DNA of 64,000 nt, from contig CBDBLF010000011.1 in the NCBI GenBank assembly GCA_965206985.1, positions 477,320 through 541,319 of the forward strand. Reading direction: 5' to 3'. Under the pieces are notes generated by a model. That model was not told the DNA's origin. It saw only the letters and a program-made list of their open reading frames with translations, and did not search any database. The stretch is from Spirochaetota bacterium (lineage in GTDB: Bacteria; Spirochaetota; Leptospiria; Turneriellales; CBDBES01). Shown piece after piece: positions 8,971 through 19,074 of the stretch. The number at the start of each line of letters is the position of its first letter. The first letter of the stretch is position 1. Both the position numbers and the translations under genes were made by a program.

Positions 8971-11343
8971 TTATCTTGCAAAAGTACTAAGGTCATTTTG
9001 GTTTTTCACATCAAGAAGCTCATAAATACGTGCAGGCTGGCTTTTACCTCTTACTCGTATTATGTCAAGTTCTCTACTGATAACCTTATCTTTCACTTTG
9101 TTGTAAGTACCTTCTGACATAATAATACGCGTGCCATACACTTTGTTTGATCCTTCAAGGCGGGAAGCCAAATTGACAGTATCGCCCATAACGGTATAAT
9201 CCATCCGATGGGAAGAACCCATGTTCCCCACAACAGCATTTCCTGTGTTTAGCCCAATACCAATGTCGAGTTTGGGCTTACCTTCTGCCTCCCATTTTTT
9301 TTGGAGGTTCTTTAGAGATCTTAATTGCACCAGAGAAGCAAGACAGGCTTGGTATGGGTGGTTTTCATCGTGAACGGGTGCCCCCCAAAAAGCCATAATT
9401 GCATCACCCATATATTTATCGATTGTGCCACGATATCGAAGGCAAATATCTGTCATTTTAGCTAAATATTCGTTTAGAAGAGAAACCAAATCTACTGGGG
9501 TTAACGACTCAGCTACTGTAGTGAAGCCCCGAATATCAGAAAAGAAAACAGTTACATTTTCATTATTACCTCCTAAATTAAGAGATTCTGGATTATCCAA
9601 AAGTTCTTGGACAACATCACTGGAAACAAACTTCGAAAAAGTTGATTTGATATATTTGACATTTTCTTCTTCACTAAATGCTTTATATCCAACGATGCTA
9701 ACCATCACCACTGCAATTTCAATATAGGGGACAAAAAAGACATGAATCAAATTGAAGAGATTAAAGGCTATAAAACATTCTATTCCGAATAAAATTGAAA
9801 ATAAAAGAATACCAGCTAAAACTAATGAAATTTTAAAACGAGGAACAATAAAGCCTAAAACAATGCCAATGAAGACATAAATGAGAGAATTTACCCAAGT
9901 AGGTGCGTAATGAAGAAAATCTGCTTGCAAAATTGTATTCAAGGCATTTGCATGATGTTCAACACCAGCAAGATCACCAAAGGGGCTAGCGTGAATGTCT
10001 TTGGCAACTCCTGTTGCATAATAAACAGCCACAAGCAAGATTTTATCTGAGAACGGGTCTTGTCTACCCGCAAAATCTCCAGGTTCTGAATCTGCTATCG
10101 TATGAAAAGACACCGATGGATATGACCAAGCACCACCAATGAAATTGATATACATGAAGCCCTCACCATCTATGGGAATGGTGAGCGTTCTTTCGGGGTT
10201 TGGTTTGGCCATAATATCAACCGCTCTTTTTTTGAGATTTCCTTTTTCACCCGTGAGGATATTTCCAGATGAACCTCTCTCATAAATTTGAATAGTGTCT
10301 TTTGGTATATTTTTAAGTTTAACGTAAGAGCCTAATTTAACTTCAACATCTTTTTGGAGATCAATTCCATAGTAGTGTGTGATAGTGATTAAGTCAATGG
10401 AAGGGTAAATTTTTCCTTGCCATTTCACGACAAGAGGCAAGGTTCGGTTAACTCCCGTATCTTGCTTTCGAATATTCGCGTAACCAACACCCGACAGGTG
10501 CTTCATAATCTCGGGAATGGGAAGTTCAGGAAATTCGACCCATTCTGGCTTCTCGTCATATTTAGTAGGTATGACATTCTTAATTTCATTCCTTTTGAAA
10601 ATCTCCAACTTCTCTTTTAGAATTTTTTTTTGCTTTTCAGATAAGGCATAATTTTGAGTCTCAAATGGATAGTCAGCTACAATTTTTCTTCCTTCTGCAA
10701 TATAAGTACTAAATTTACCCGCCTTCTCTCGTTTAGAATTAAAAATATTTTTCTTCTGATCAAGAAAAAAAATATCAAAAAGAAGAGCCCTGTAGCGTGA
10801 TTTATTAAGAGAACTTAGTAGGTTTGCGTAGTGTTTCCAAGAAAAAGGGAACCCTTCTTCGTATTCGTTTATGGTGGGGTTATCAATACCAATAATGTGA
10901 ATAGAAGGATGTGCTTCTAGATTTTCTTGATATTTTATAACACCTCTCGTAACCTCCTCTTGCATAAAATCAGCGGAGGAAATTCTAAATCGTGCATCAA
11001 TTGAAAATTCATGAAGCGGCTGAAAAAAAGTGAGTGTTTGGTCTCCAAGAATAAATACAATACCCGCGACAGCCCCAATAAACAACGAGACTGACTTAAT
11101 ACGATTGAAGCCAAAATACTTTAAATAAGCAAGTAAACTATAAATGCCAAAAAAAAAACCTATCAATCCAAGTAGTTTTAAGAAAAATATAAAGAATGAA
11201 AAACTGTCCCCCATTGTCTTGCTTTCTAAAAAAAAACCAAGGAGAAAGCCTAAGGAGCCGAGCAAAAGAAGAGAACAAATCTGAATAATTCTCTTCTTGC
11301 CAAAGACTGAAGCGTCAGTATCCATATACCCGAGTGGGCACAA
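8971..11343 (-). CDS. CHASE2-domain membrane sensor fused to a class III adenylate/guanylate cyclase
   Basis: N-terminal TM segments, a large extracytoplasmic region, a further TM cluster, then the cyclase core (VTVFFSDIRGFT...GDAIMAFWGAP...GLNTG.AVVGNMGS..R.DYTVMGDTVN.ASRLE). Confidence 0.85.
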   Translation of the reverse strand: MCPLGYMDTDASVFGKKRIIQICSLLLLGSLGFLLGFFLESKTMGDSFSFFIFFLKLLGLIGFFFGIYSLLAYLKYFGFNRIKSVSLFIGAVAGIVFILGDQTLTFFQPLHEFSIDARFRISSADFMQEEVTRGVIKYQENLEAHPSIHIIGIDNPTINEYEEGFPFSWKHYANLLSSLNKSRYRALLFDIFFLDQKKNIFNSKREKAGKFSTYIAEGRKIVADYPFETQNYALSEKQKKILKEKLEIFKRNEIKNVIPTKYDEKPEWVEFPELPIPEIMKHLSGVGYANIRKQDTGVNRTLPLVVKWQGKIYPSIDLITITHYYGIDLQKDVEVKLGSYVKLKNIPKDTIQIYERGSSGNILTGEKGNLKKRAVDIMAKPNPERTLTIPIDGEGFMYINFIGGAWSYPSVSFHTIADSEPGDFAGRQDPFSDKILLVAVYYATGVAKDIHASPFGDLAGVEHHANALNTILQADFLHYAPTWVNSLIYVFIGIVLGFIVPRFKISLVLAGILLFSILFGIECFIAFNLFNLIHVFFVPYIEIAVVMVSIVGYKAFSEEENVKYIKSTFSKFVSSDVVQELLDNPESLNLGGNNENVTVFFSDIRGFTTVAESLTPVDLVSLLNEYLAKMTDICLRYRGTIDKYMGDAIMAFWGAPVHDENHPYQACLASLVQLRSLKNLQKKWEAEGKPKLDIGIGLNTGNAVVGNMGSSHRMDYTVMGDTVNLASRLEGSNKVYGTRIIMSEGTYNKVKDKVISRELDIIRVRGKSQPARIYELLDVKNQNDLSTFAR

Positions 11344-11416
11344 TGTAATATCTTATTGACTTAACAATCGATTTTTACTTGACAGTGATAGTGATCAATG
11401 ATTTCTTCTCTGAAGA

Positions 11417-13213
11417 ATGAGCTCTATCCACAAATATGATTACGGTGTAATCGGAAACGGAGCCTATCTCGCTCACATTCATAAGAGTAGTAACGTTTCT
11501 TGGATGTGTTGGCCAAAGTTTGACGATAGCTTTATCTTTGGTACACTGCTTGATCGAAAAAAAGGAGGTGAATTTTCGATAAGCTTAGCAGATTGTGACC
11601 ATCCCGATATAAAACAATATTATGTGACAAATACAAATATACTACGAACAGAACTTCAAGCAGATGAGGCTCACCTTCAAATCACAGACTTCGCACCTCG
11701 ATTTGTCCAATACGAAAGACGCTTCACACCACTCATGCTCATTCGAAAGATTGAGTCAATGAACGGAAGCAACTGCAAAATTATCGTTCGTTGCAAGCCA
11801 ACCACCAATTATGGACAGAACCGACCTAAAATAGGGTTTGGCAGCAATCATATTAAGTATACAAGCTATACTCAAACAATGAGACTTCATGGGGTAAACA
11901 TACCCATGAGTTACATCAGAGAAGAAAAGTCCATGCTCATAAGTGCCCCTATTTACTTGATTTTCTCTTGGGAAGAAACGATCGAAAATTCTATTATTGA
12001 TATTTCTGAAAAATTTTTAAGAAAAACTCGACAATATTGGGAGAATTGGGTCGAACGCAGTACCATACCTGGAATCTATCAGGAGGAAGTTATTCGTTCT
12101 GCCTTAGTCTTAAAGCTTCATCAATTTGAAGATACTGGTGCAATTATTGCAGCTGCGACAACCAGCCTTCCTGAGTCTCCCAAAAGCAAAAGAACTTGGG
12201 ACTATCGTTATTGTTGGTTGAGAGATTCATACTACGTACTAACCGCCTTTCATAATATAAGTCACTTTGATGAGCTCAAAAAATTTGCAATGTATGTTCA
12301 AAATATTGCCACCAAAGAAGATATGGGCTACCAACCTCTTTATTCAATATTGGGTGATTCAAACCTGACAGAAGAAATTATACCTTTGGCGGGCTACCTG
12401 AACAATACTCCTGTCAGAATTGGTAATCAAGCCCATACACATATCCAAAACGATGTTTATGGACAAATTCTTCTTTCTCTCCTACCTCTCTTTGTTGATA
12501 AAAGAATTTTCCATAAAAATAAGCATATTTCGGTTAATTTAATTTATAATCTACTCGCCAACATACAATCGAGAATGCAAGAGCCTGATGCTGGCTTGTG
12601 GGAGTTTAGAAATTTTATGCAACTCCACACCTACACATATCTATTCCATTGGGCGGGGAGTTGTGCCGCTGAAAAAATTGCCAAAATTATCAAAGATGAA
12701 AAAATGCTCAAGATCGCATGCCATCTTAGAAAACAGTCTTCAGAGATGATCGAAAAATCCTACAGTCACAAGCTAAAGGTCTATGCACAGGCAATCAATA
12801 CGCAAAATATGGATGCAAGTTTACTCCAACTGATTAGCATGAACTACCTTGATGCAAATTCTCCTATCGCAAGACAACACCTAAGTCAGCTAGAAAATAA
12901 TCTCAGAAGTGAAGAAGGTCTTTTCTATCGTTATTTACATCAAGATGATTTTGGTAAACCAGAAGTGACCTTTCTCGTTTGCTCATTTTGGTATGTGGAA
13001 GCTCTTGCTTGTGTGGGAAAGCTTGATAAAGCAATTCAAAGCCTTGACAAAATTCTAACCTACAGTAATCATCTAAACCTTTTTAGTGAAGATATCGACT
13101 CAAAAACAGGTAGCCAATGGGGTAACTTTCCTCAAACGTATAGTCATGTTGGTTTAATCAATGCCGTTTCACGCATATCAAATAAATTAGATAGACCCAT
13201 CTTTCTCACATAA
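11417..13213 (+). CDS. Glycoside hydrolase family 15 (glucoamylase/trehalase-type)
   Basis: 598 aa. Has the WDYRYCWLRDSYY motif and an (alpha/alpha)6-type C-terminal region. Sits 5 nt upstream of the TPS/TPP gene. Confidence 0.75.
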   Translation: MSSIHKYDYGVIGNGAYLAHIHKSSNVSWMCWPKFDDSFIFGTLLDRKKGGEFSISLADCDHPDIKQYYVTNTNILRTELQADEAHLQITDFAPRFVQYERRFTPLMLIRKIESMNGSNCKIIVRCKPTTNYGQNRPKIGFGSNHIKYTSYTQTMRLHGVNIPMSYIREEKSMLISAPIYLIFSWEETIENSIIDISEKFLRKTRQYWENWVERSTIPGIYQEEVIRSALVLKLHQFEDTGAIIAAATTSLPESPKSKRTWDYRYCWLRDSYYVLTAFHNISHFDELKKFAMYVQNIATKEDMGYQPLYSILGDSNLTEEIIPLAGYLNNTPVRIGNQAHTHIQNDVYGQILLSLLPLFVDKRIFHKNKHISVNLIYNLLANIQSRMQEPDAGLWEFRNFMQLHTYTYLFHWAGSCAAEKIAKIIKDEKMLKIACHLRKQSSEMIEKSYSHKLKVYAQAINTQNMDASLLQLISMNYLDANSPIARQHLSQLENNLRSEEGLFYRYLHQDDFGKPEVTFLVCSFWYVEALACVGKLDKAIQSLDKILTYSNHLNLFSEDIDSKTGSQWGNFPQTYSHVGLINAVSRISNKLDRPIFLT

Positions 13214-13218
13214 GATTC

Positions 13219-15444
13219 ATGAACAAAACTATTGAAAGATGGCTTATCGTCAGTAATCGGCTTCCCTTTAAGGTCGACGAAACAACAAACAAAATTAAGA
13301 CCAGCTCAGGTGGACTTGTTACAGCAATTTCAGGTATCACAACGACGGGCGCAAAAAAACTATGGATTGGTAGTGCTCCCAGCTCGTTATCCCTTGATAG
13401 GATCAAAGAAATATCGGCTAAAGATAAAAAATTTTCTGAATATATCCCACTTTATATTGATGAAGTAGATTATGATGCTTATTACAATTGTGTCTCAAAT
13501 GACGTCTTGTGGCCACTGTTTCACTACGAAAGTCACATACCACAATTTAGATGGGAGGAGTGGAAGCTATATGAAAAAGTAAACCTCCTCTTTGCGCAAA
13601 AAATTAGTAGTATTTGTCAAAAAGGAGATCTTGTTTGGATCCATGATTTTCACTTATTTTTGGTGCCTCAACTTTTGAGAAATCTTGCAAAAAATATCCG
13701 TATTGGGTTTTTCTTACATATTCCTTTCCCCAGTTCTGAATTATTGAGACAATTACCCGTTGCAAGGCAAATCATGGAAGGAATATTAGGAGCCGACTTG
13801 ATCGGATTTCATGAATATTCATATCTTAGACATTTCAGACATACTGTTCGGTCTATTTTAAATGTGGATTCCACTCTCCTAGAAATGAAGTATCAGAGCA
13901 GGGAGATTAAACTGGGTATATTTCCGGTCAGTATAGAAACCTCTCATTTTATGAGTGCAGCAAGATCAAAGCAAGTGAAACAGATCGCCTCAGGCTTCCA
14001 AAAAAATGATCAACATCTACTGCTAGGGGTAGATCGACTAGACTACACAAAAGGAATTGACCTCAAATTGAAGGCTTTCTGCCTTTTTCTTCGAAAGTAT
14101 AAAAATCGCATGAGCAAGAAGGTTTCACTCATGCAGGTTGCCGTACCTACCCGCCGAGATGTACCTTTTTACATGCAGTTAAAGAAAGAAATTGAACAAC
14201 TCGTTGGTGAAATTAACGGTGAATTTGGCGAACCAAACTATACTCCAATTCAATACCTATACACGTCGGTCGATTTTGAGAACCTTCTGGCACTTTATCG
14301 AGCTGCTGATGTGTTACTTGTTACCAGCAAAAGAGACGGAATGAATCTCGTGACCCTAGAGTATATTGCTTCTCAAAACAAGAAAAATCCGGGTGCTGTA
14401 ATCCTGAGTGAATTTGCGGGAGTGGCCTCAATTTTGCCCTATGTATTCATGGTAAACCCATGGGACATCATCAGCACAGCGACAACAATTTATGAAGTTC
14501 TAAAGCTTACCAACCATGAAAAGATTCAAAGGCAAGCCCCCATGCTGCAATATCTCAAAGGCTACACAGGAAAACATTGGGCAGATGCCTTTATGCAATC
14601 GTTGGTTTCACTTTCAAACGTTCAAAAAACAAATCGCGTTATTTCTGTAACCAATGAACAAGTGGTTCTTCCTCGAGAGATAGAAGAAGGCATTTGTCAA
14701 AACCCTTGTATTCTTTTCCTTGATTATGATGGTACTTTAGCTCCCATTACGAGTAAACCCGACCAAGCACTCATGAGTCCAACCACAAGAAATATTCTAA
14801 AAAAACTAACTCAAAACAATCAGATTAAAGTAGTAATTTTGAGTGGCCGAAAAAAAAGTTTTTTATTCTCTCAGTTTCGATCTCTTAAAGTTGATCTTGC
14901 CTGGGAACACGGGATTGGCTTTTCTTCATACAACAGTAAAAAAATAATTTCATTGTTGTACAGTGATATTCAATCTTGGTACTCTATGGCAGTCAAGATT
15001 ATGTCCTCTTATTCTTCCCATGTTCCTGAAAGTTATGTCGAAAAAAAAGAATATTCAATCAGCTGGCATTACCGAAACTCACCTCAAAAGTCTGCCACTT
15101 TTCAGGCGAATAGGCTGGCAGAAGAACTCAACAGTGGTTTGGCAAATTTACCCGTTACGGTCATTCATGGTAAAAAAATTATAGAAATAAAGGCAATTGA
15201 AGCAAACAAAGGTGGCTTTATCAAATGGTACTTATCCCAAAAAACAATAAACACTTCAAGCTGCCTTTTGGCCATAGGAGACGACAAAACAGATGAAGAT
15301 ATGTTCCAAAGTCTGCCCCACAGAAATGGGTTCTCTGTTAAAGTGGGGGAGTCTCCTACCTTAGCGAAATATACAATTCCTTCTCAAGATTTTGTGAATT
15401 CTTTTCTATCTAAAATAGAGAAAGCTTCATCAGGCTTCACCTAA
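13219..15444 (+). CDS. Bifunctional trehalose-6-phosphate synthase (GT20) / trehalose-6-phosphate phosphatase (HAD) fusion
   Basis: N-terminus has LIVSNRLPF, WIHDFHL and GVDRLDYTKGI. C-terminus has LFLDYDGTLAPI and GDDKTDEDMF HAD motifs. Confidence 0.85.
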   Translation: MNKTIERWLIVSNRLPFKVDETTNKIKTSSGGLVTAISGITTTGAKKLWIGSAPSSLSLDRIKEISAKDKKFSEYIPLYIDEVDYDAYYNCVSNDVLWPLFHYESHIPQFRWEEWKLYEKVNLLFAQKISSICQKGDLVWIHDFHLFLVPQLLRNLAKNIRIGFFLHIPFPSSELLRQLPVARQIMEGILGADLIGFHEYSYLRHFRHTVRSILNVDSTLLEMKYQSREIKLGIFPVSIETSHFMSAARSKQVKQIASGFQKNDQHLLLGVDRLDYTKGIDLKLKAFCLFLRKYKNRMSKKVSLMQVAVPTRRDVPFYMQLKKEIEQLVGEINGEFGEPNYTPIQYLYTSVDFENLLALYRAADVLLVTSKRDGMNLVTLEYIASQNKKNPGAVILSEFAGVASILPYVFMVNPWDIISTATTIYEVLKLTNHEKIQRQAPMLQYLKGYTGKHWADAFMQSLVSLSNVQKTNRVISVTNEQVVLPREIEEGICQNPCILFLDYDGTLAPITSKPDQALMSPTTRNILKKLTQNNQIKVVILSGRKKSFLFSQFRSLKVDLAWEHGIGFSSYNSKKIISLLYSDIQSWYSMAVKIMSSYSSHVPESYVEKKEYSISWHYRNSPQKSATFQANRLAEELNSGLANLPVTVIHGKKIIEIKAIEANKGGFIKWYLSQKTINTSSCLLAIGDDKTDEDMFQSLPHRNGFSVKVGESPTLAKYTIPSQDFVNSFLSKIEKASSGFT

Positions 15445-15687
15445 TTTTCTCGATATTGCTTGATACCCATAAAAGTTAACTCAATTTAGCTTTATGGGCA
15501 TCAGAGAATGTGTGTAACCGCTCAAAAAGTGGATGTATAAAGACATTTTCTGAAAAGGTTGTATCTAAAGACCAACGTTTGGCTTGTTAAAGATTGGTAA
15601 TAACTGCTTTGAAACAACCAGTGACGTCGGGTATAATGATGAGAACCAACCGGTAATATATGGTTACATTTTAACGATAAACCGTTA

Positions 15688-15830
15688 TCACGAGCGTATA
15701 TTATTAAAATGTTTTGCAAACTCAAACCATGGGTAAGCTCCTTTTTCAAATGTTTCATGTGGTCTCCAGTTTAATTCTCTCTCAATTTTATTGGCATTGA
15801 TGGCGTAGTGACGGTCATGTCCAAGCCCTG
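15688..15830 (-). pseudogene. rfbB: dTDP-glucose 4,6-dehydratase (rfbB-like) pseudogene, 3' fragment
   Basis: Translates to [30 protein letters not shown]..., the conserved RfbB C-terminal block. Cut by IS copy 4. The 78-aa track ORF at 15522-15758 is an out-of-frame shadow. Confidence 0.7.
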
Positions 15831-15862
15831 TGGTTTAACCCCCTAAAACTGGACACTTTATT

Positions 15863-16129
15863 GTGTTAAATTTAGGAGGTAAAACTATGATTAAAAGACA
15901 AAGATACAGTAAGGAAGCAAAAGAGAGATTGGCTTTGGAGATGATTTCAGGTCAGACTAGCACGGCAGAAATATCTAAGAGAGAGATGATTTCAGTCGCA
16001 ACTTTATCGAGATGGAAGCGACAGCTGGTTTCCGAAGGCTTTGAAGATAAAAATGGGGTTGAGTTAGAATTGAGAAAAAAAATTTCCTATTTAGAATCGG
16101 CCTTATCTGACTTAATGATAGAAAATTAG
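15863..16129 (+). pseudogene. IS3-family OrfA truncated by a premature stop (88 aa instead of 124)
   Basis: C-to-T change at 16127 (CAG to TAG), two codons upstream of the A8 slippery tract (16135-16142). Confidence 0.85.
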
Positions 16130-16134
16130 ATTTT

Positions 16135-16142
16135 AAAAAAAA
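16135..16142 (+). promoter_or_regulatory. Putative -1 frameshift slippery tract of IS copy 4
   Basis: A AAA AAA in the orfA frame. The orfB ATG at 16234 is in phase with the -1 frame (16141 + 93). Confidence 0.7.
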
Positions 16143-16233
16143 CGGAAAAACTTCTTCAAGAATACAGGCAAAAAGAGAAATTATCAAGAATAGCCTCAGC
16201 ACAGAATTTGGGATCACAAGGAGTTGCAGAGTT

Positions 16234-17007
16234 ATGAAACTAGAAAAGTCAACTTATTATTATAAGTCGAAGGAGAAGAAAGATGATTCAACGATTCTAA
16301 AATCTATCCATGAAATTAGTGATCAATTGAACCAAGTAGGTTATATCTCGATGACGCAAATTCTAAAAGATAGAGGCTTTACAATAAATAAGAAGCGAGT
16401 TTACCGAATTATGAAAGAAAATAGACTTTTATGCACTAAAAAGGTGTTTTTGAAGCCAAAAACTACCCAATCTAAGCATAATTTCAGAAAATATCCCAAT
16501 TTGATTAAAAGTGTGCAAGCTGATCCCTTCAAGGTAATTGTTGGCGATATAACCTATTTTGATATTAATTCGAAAGACCACTATTTAGCTTTGCTCATGA
16601 GGCTTATGAGTCGCCGTATCGTAGGAGCGGCCATTTCTGATAAAAATAACACCCAACTGGTCATAGCAGCCTTTCTTTCGCTTAAAAGAGAAATAGGAGA
16701 TTTACAAAATTACTACCATCATACTGATGCTGACGTCAGATATTGCTCAAATGAGTATATCGCTCTATTAGAAGAAAGTAGAATCAATATTTCCATGTGT
16801 CGTGGTAATGTGTATGAAAACGCTCATGCCGAATCATTGAATAAAACAATTAAATATAAAGAAATTAATTTATCAGAATATCAAAACTTTGAAGAAGCTC
16901 AAAAAAGTATCTTCAGGTTTATCCATCTTTATAATACGATGAAGCCACATTCAGCTTTAGGATGGGTGACACCTCAAAAATATGAGGAGAAATATCTAAA
17001 AGAATAA
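16234..17007 (+). CDS. IS3-family transposase OrfB
   Basis: Identical 257-aa product. Confidence 0.85.
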   Translation: MKLEKSTYYYKSKEKKDDSTILKSIHEISDQLNQVGYISMTQILKDRGFTINKKRVYRIMKENRLLCTKKVFLKPKTTQSKHNFRKYPNLIKSVQADPFKVIVGDITYFDINSKDHYLALLMRLMSRRIVGAAISDKNNTQLVIAAFLSLKREIGDLQNYYHHTDADVRYCSNEYIALLEESRINISMCRGNVYENAHAESLNKTIKYKEINLSEYQNFEEAQKSIFRFIHLYNTMKPHSALGWVTPQKYEEKYLKE

Positions 17008-17058
17008 GAAAAAGACTGTCCAGTTTTCACCCTTCGGGCACAGGCGGGGGTTAAACCA

Positions 17059-17335
17059 CTGTCTTTCACAAAAGTAATGAGTTCAGAATAGTGCTGAAGT
17101 GGATGTGCCGTATCAAGATGTTTTAATCCACTTGTTTGAGCAGGTTTTAGCTCATTAATAGCTGAACAAACAGTATTAATAGCTTCTAAGTTTGATTTTT
17201 ACTGAGGCTGTCTAGGTTATGTTGATTACCCGAGTAAGTGAGACAATCTAAGTTGATAACGGGAATGCCTATAAATAAAAACTAGTCTAAAATAAAACTT
17301 GACCCAATAAAACTGCAACCGCCAGTAACGACAAT
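17059..17335 (-). pseudogene. rfbB: rfbB-like pseudogene, 5' and middle fragments
   Basis: Reads FSIVVTGGCSFIGSSFILD*FLFIGIPVINLDCLTYSGNQHNLDSL (Rossmann N-terminus with an in-frame TAG). After a frame change it reads NLEAINTVCSAINELKP...YSELITFVKDR. No start codon, and ~200 central codons are missing. Confidence 0.7.
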
Positions 17336-17354
17336 AGAAAATTCAAAAGCTATT

Positions 17355-18968
17355 CTATAAGAACTTGGGTGAAATTATACCACGATAAATTTTATGATAC
17401 CGTCTAACAATAGTTTCGGTTGCTTGCCTTTGCGAATACACTACTTGATCAAATTGTGACGCCAAATTAGAATTTATTTTTTGTTGTTTATTGTTGCTCT
17501 GCTTTTCTTCTCCACTACCAGGAAGGTTGTCTGTCACAATGGTCAGCATTTTTTTTGCGGTAGATTTATTTACGGCTTCCAACATATACAGAACTTCTCT
17601 CTCTTTACCAGTCTTTCGAATCTTATAGTGCTTTTCTTCAATAATAGGCATTAAACAGGATGTTTCTACAGAACTCACGCAAAAGTGAACAACGTCAATC
17701 ATAAAGTCAGATATAATTTCACTGCTTTTATCAATACCGTAAATAACGGGAATGTCACTACGTAGTGCACTTTGCGTGTTTTTTTTTCCTTGAATACGCT
17801 TTAATCTCAAAAAAGTGATTCCGTAACCTTTCTTTTTAAGAGCGTTTGCTAAAATCACAGAAAAGGATTGATGATTCAAACCTGCTCCTTCACATTCGAT
17901 CAATAATAAATTAGGTTGTCTTTTACTCGAAACCTCTTGTATTCGCTCTAGATTAAAAAATTTGGCATACCTGGTTTTTAATGCTTTTTCGAAATACCAA
18001 TATAGCGCCAAGCGAGAATATCTGTTGTTAATAATTCTTGAAGATGAAGAAAGTATATTTGAGCAGAATTCATAGCCTCGAGGGATATTTTCAGGAATAT
18101 AATATTTTATCCACAAATCTTTGCAAACACCATTCATAATCTCAAAATTTTTACTCGGAACATCGTATCGCTGTTTTATGAATAAACAAACCTCCTCATG
18201 CTCTTTATAAAAAATTGCTTTCGAAAACCCAAGTTGAGTATTATTAGAATCATGTATTCGAAAAAAATTTGTTGCATCAATACTGTAAGCGATGAGACCC
18301 CCACGAATTAAATCCAAATAAAATAACCAATCGCCACAGAAACGAAAATTTCTCCATTCTTTTCGATTTAAAAAGTCATTCTCTGGTTTTCTCAGTAAAG
18401 CACCACTCACATTTGGAACTATATTTTTGATGCTAAATGACTCTTTTGTACAAGCCGCTGCTGTTTGAAGGAATGGTCGGTTCCAGTGAACTTTAGAAAG
18501 GTCACATAAATATCTCTGAATAGAACCTATTTGTTCTGTGCCTTCTCCATTCATGTTTATCGTATTACAATAAGAGAGCATGGTAGCACTATTTTCAAAA
18601 TAAGGAACAAGCGCTTCTATAAAATTTAGTGTGCAGTAATCATCACTTTCAGCAATCCATACAAGCTCACCTTTGGCTTCAAGCATGCCCTTTCTCCATT
18701 GTTCTGACACATTTTTAGCTTTTGATGTGTTATATAGGGTGCGTGTATTTTTTCGATACTTTGAATGATACTCATCTAATATCTTTTTACTATTGTCTTG
18801 GGAGCAATCGTCCATAAGAATTACTTCAAAATTCTGATACGTTTGTTCATAAATGCTATCTAGGCGACGTCTTAAGTATGCTTCGTGATTATAATTGGGC
18901 ACAATAATGCTAACGAAAGGAGAATACTTAAAAAATATTTTTTTCGATTGATATTTTAGTAGCTCCAT
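17355..18968 (-). CDS. Family 2 glycosyltransferase with a long C-terminal extension
   Basis: VSIIVPNYNHEAYL...ILMDDCSQD GT2 motifs within a 537-aa protein. Confidence 0.75.
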   Translation of the reverse strand: MELLKYQSKKIFFKYSPFVSIIVPNYNHEAYLRRRLDSIYEQTYQNFEVILMDDCSQDNSKKILDEYHSKYRKNTRTLYNTSKAKNVSEQWRKGMLEAKGELVWIAESDDYCTLNFIEALVPYFENSATMLSYCNTINMNGEGTEQIGSIQRYLCDLSKVHWNRPFLQTAAACTKESFSIKNIVPNVSGALLRKPENDFLNRKEWRNFRFCGDWLFYLDLIRGGLIAYSIDATNFFRIHDSNNTQLGFSKAIFYKEHEEVCLFIKQRYDVPSKNFEIMNGVCKDLWIKYYIPENIPRGYEFCSNILSSSSRIINNRYSRLALYWYFEKALKTRYAKFFNLERIQEVSSKRQPNLLLIECEGAGLNHQSFSVILANALKKKGYGITFLRLKRIQGKKNTQSALRSDIPVIYGIDKSSEIISDFMIDVVHFCVSSVETSCLMPIIEEKHYKIRKTGKEREVLYMLEAVNKSTAKKMLTIVTDNLPGSGEEKQSNNKQQKINSNLASQFDQVVYSQRQATETIVRRYHKIYRGIISPKFL

Positions 18969-19074
18969 TATGTATTGCCTTTGGTTTAATTTATAAATCG
19001 CTTCGGCTAATTTTTAAATATAGTGGTTTAACCCCCGCCTGTGCCCGAAGGGTGAAAACTGGACAGTCTTTTTC

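Larger units (their letters stand above)
15831..17058 (+). mobile_element. IS3-family insertion sequence, copy 4 (1,228 bp, orfA nonsense allele)
   Basis: Complete ends. The 3-bp direct repeat CTG is at 15828-15830 and 17059-17061. TAG at 16127-16129 replaces the CAG seen in all other copies. Confidence 0.92.

Noticed and set aside
15522-15758. 78-aa track ORF on the minus strand upstream of IS copy 4.
   Set aside because: It is an out-of-frame read of the rfbB pseudogene tail and downstream spacer. The homologous frame is a different one.
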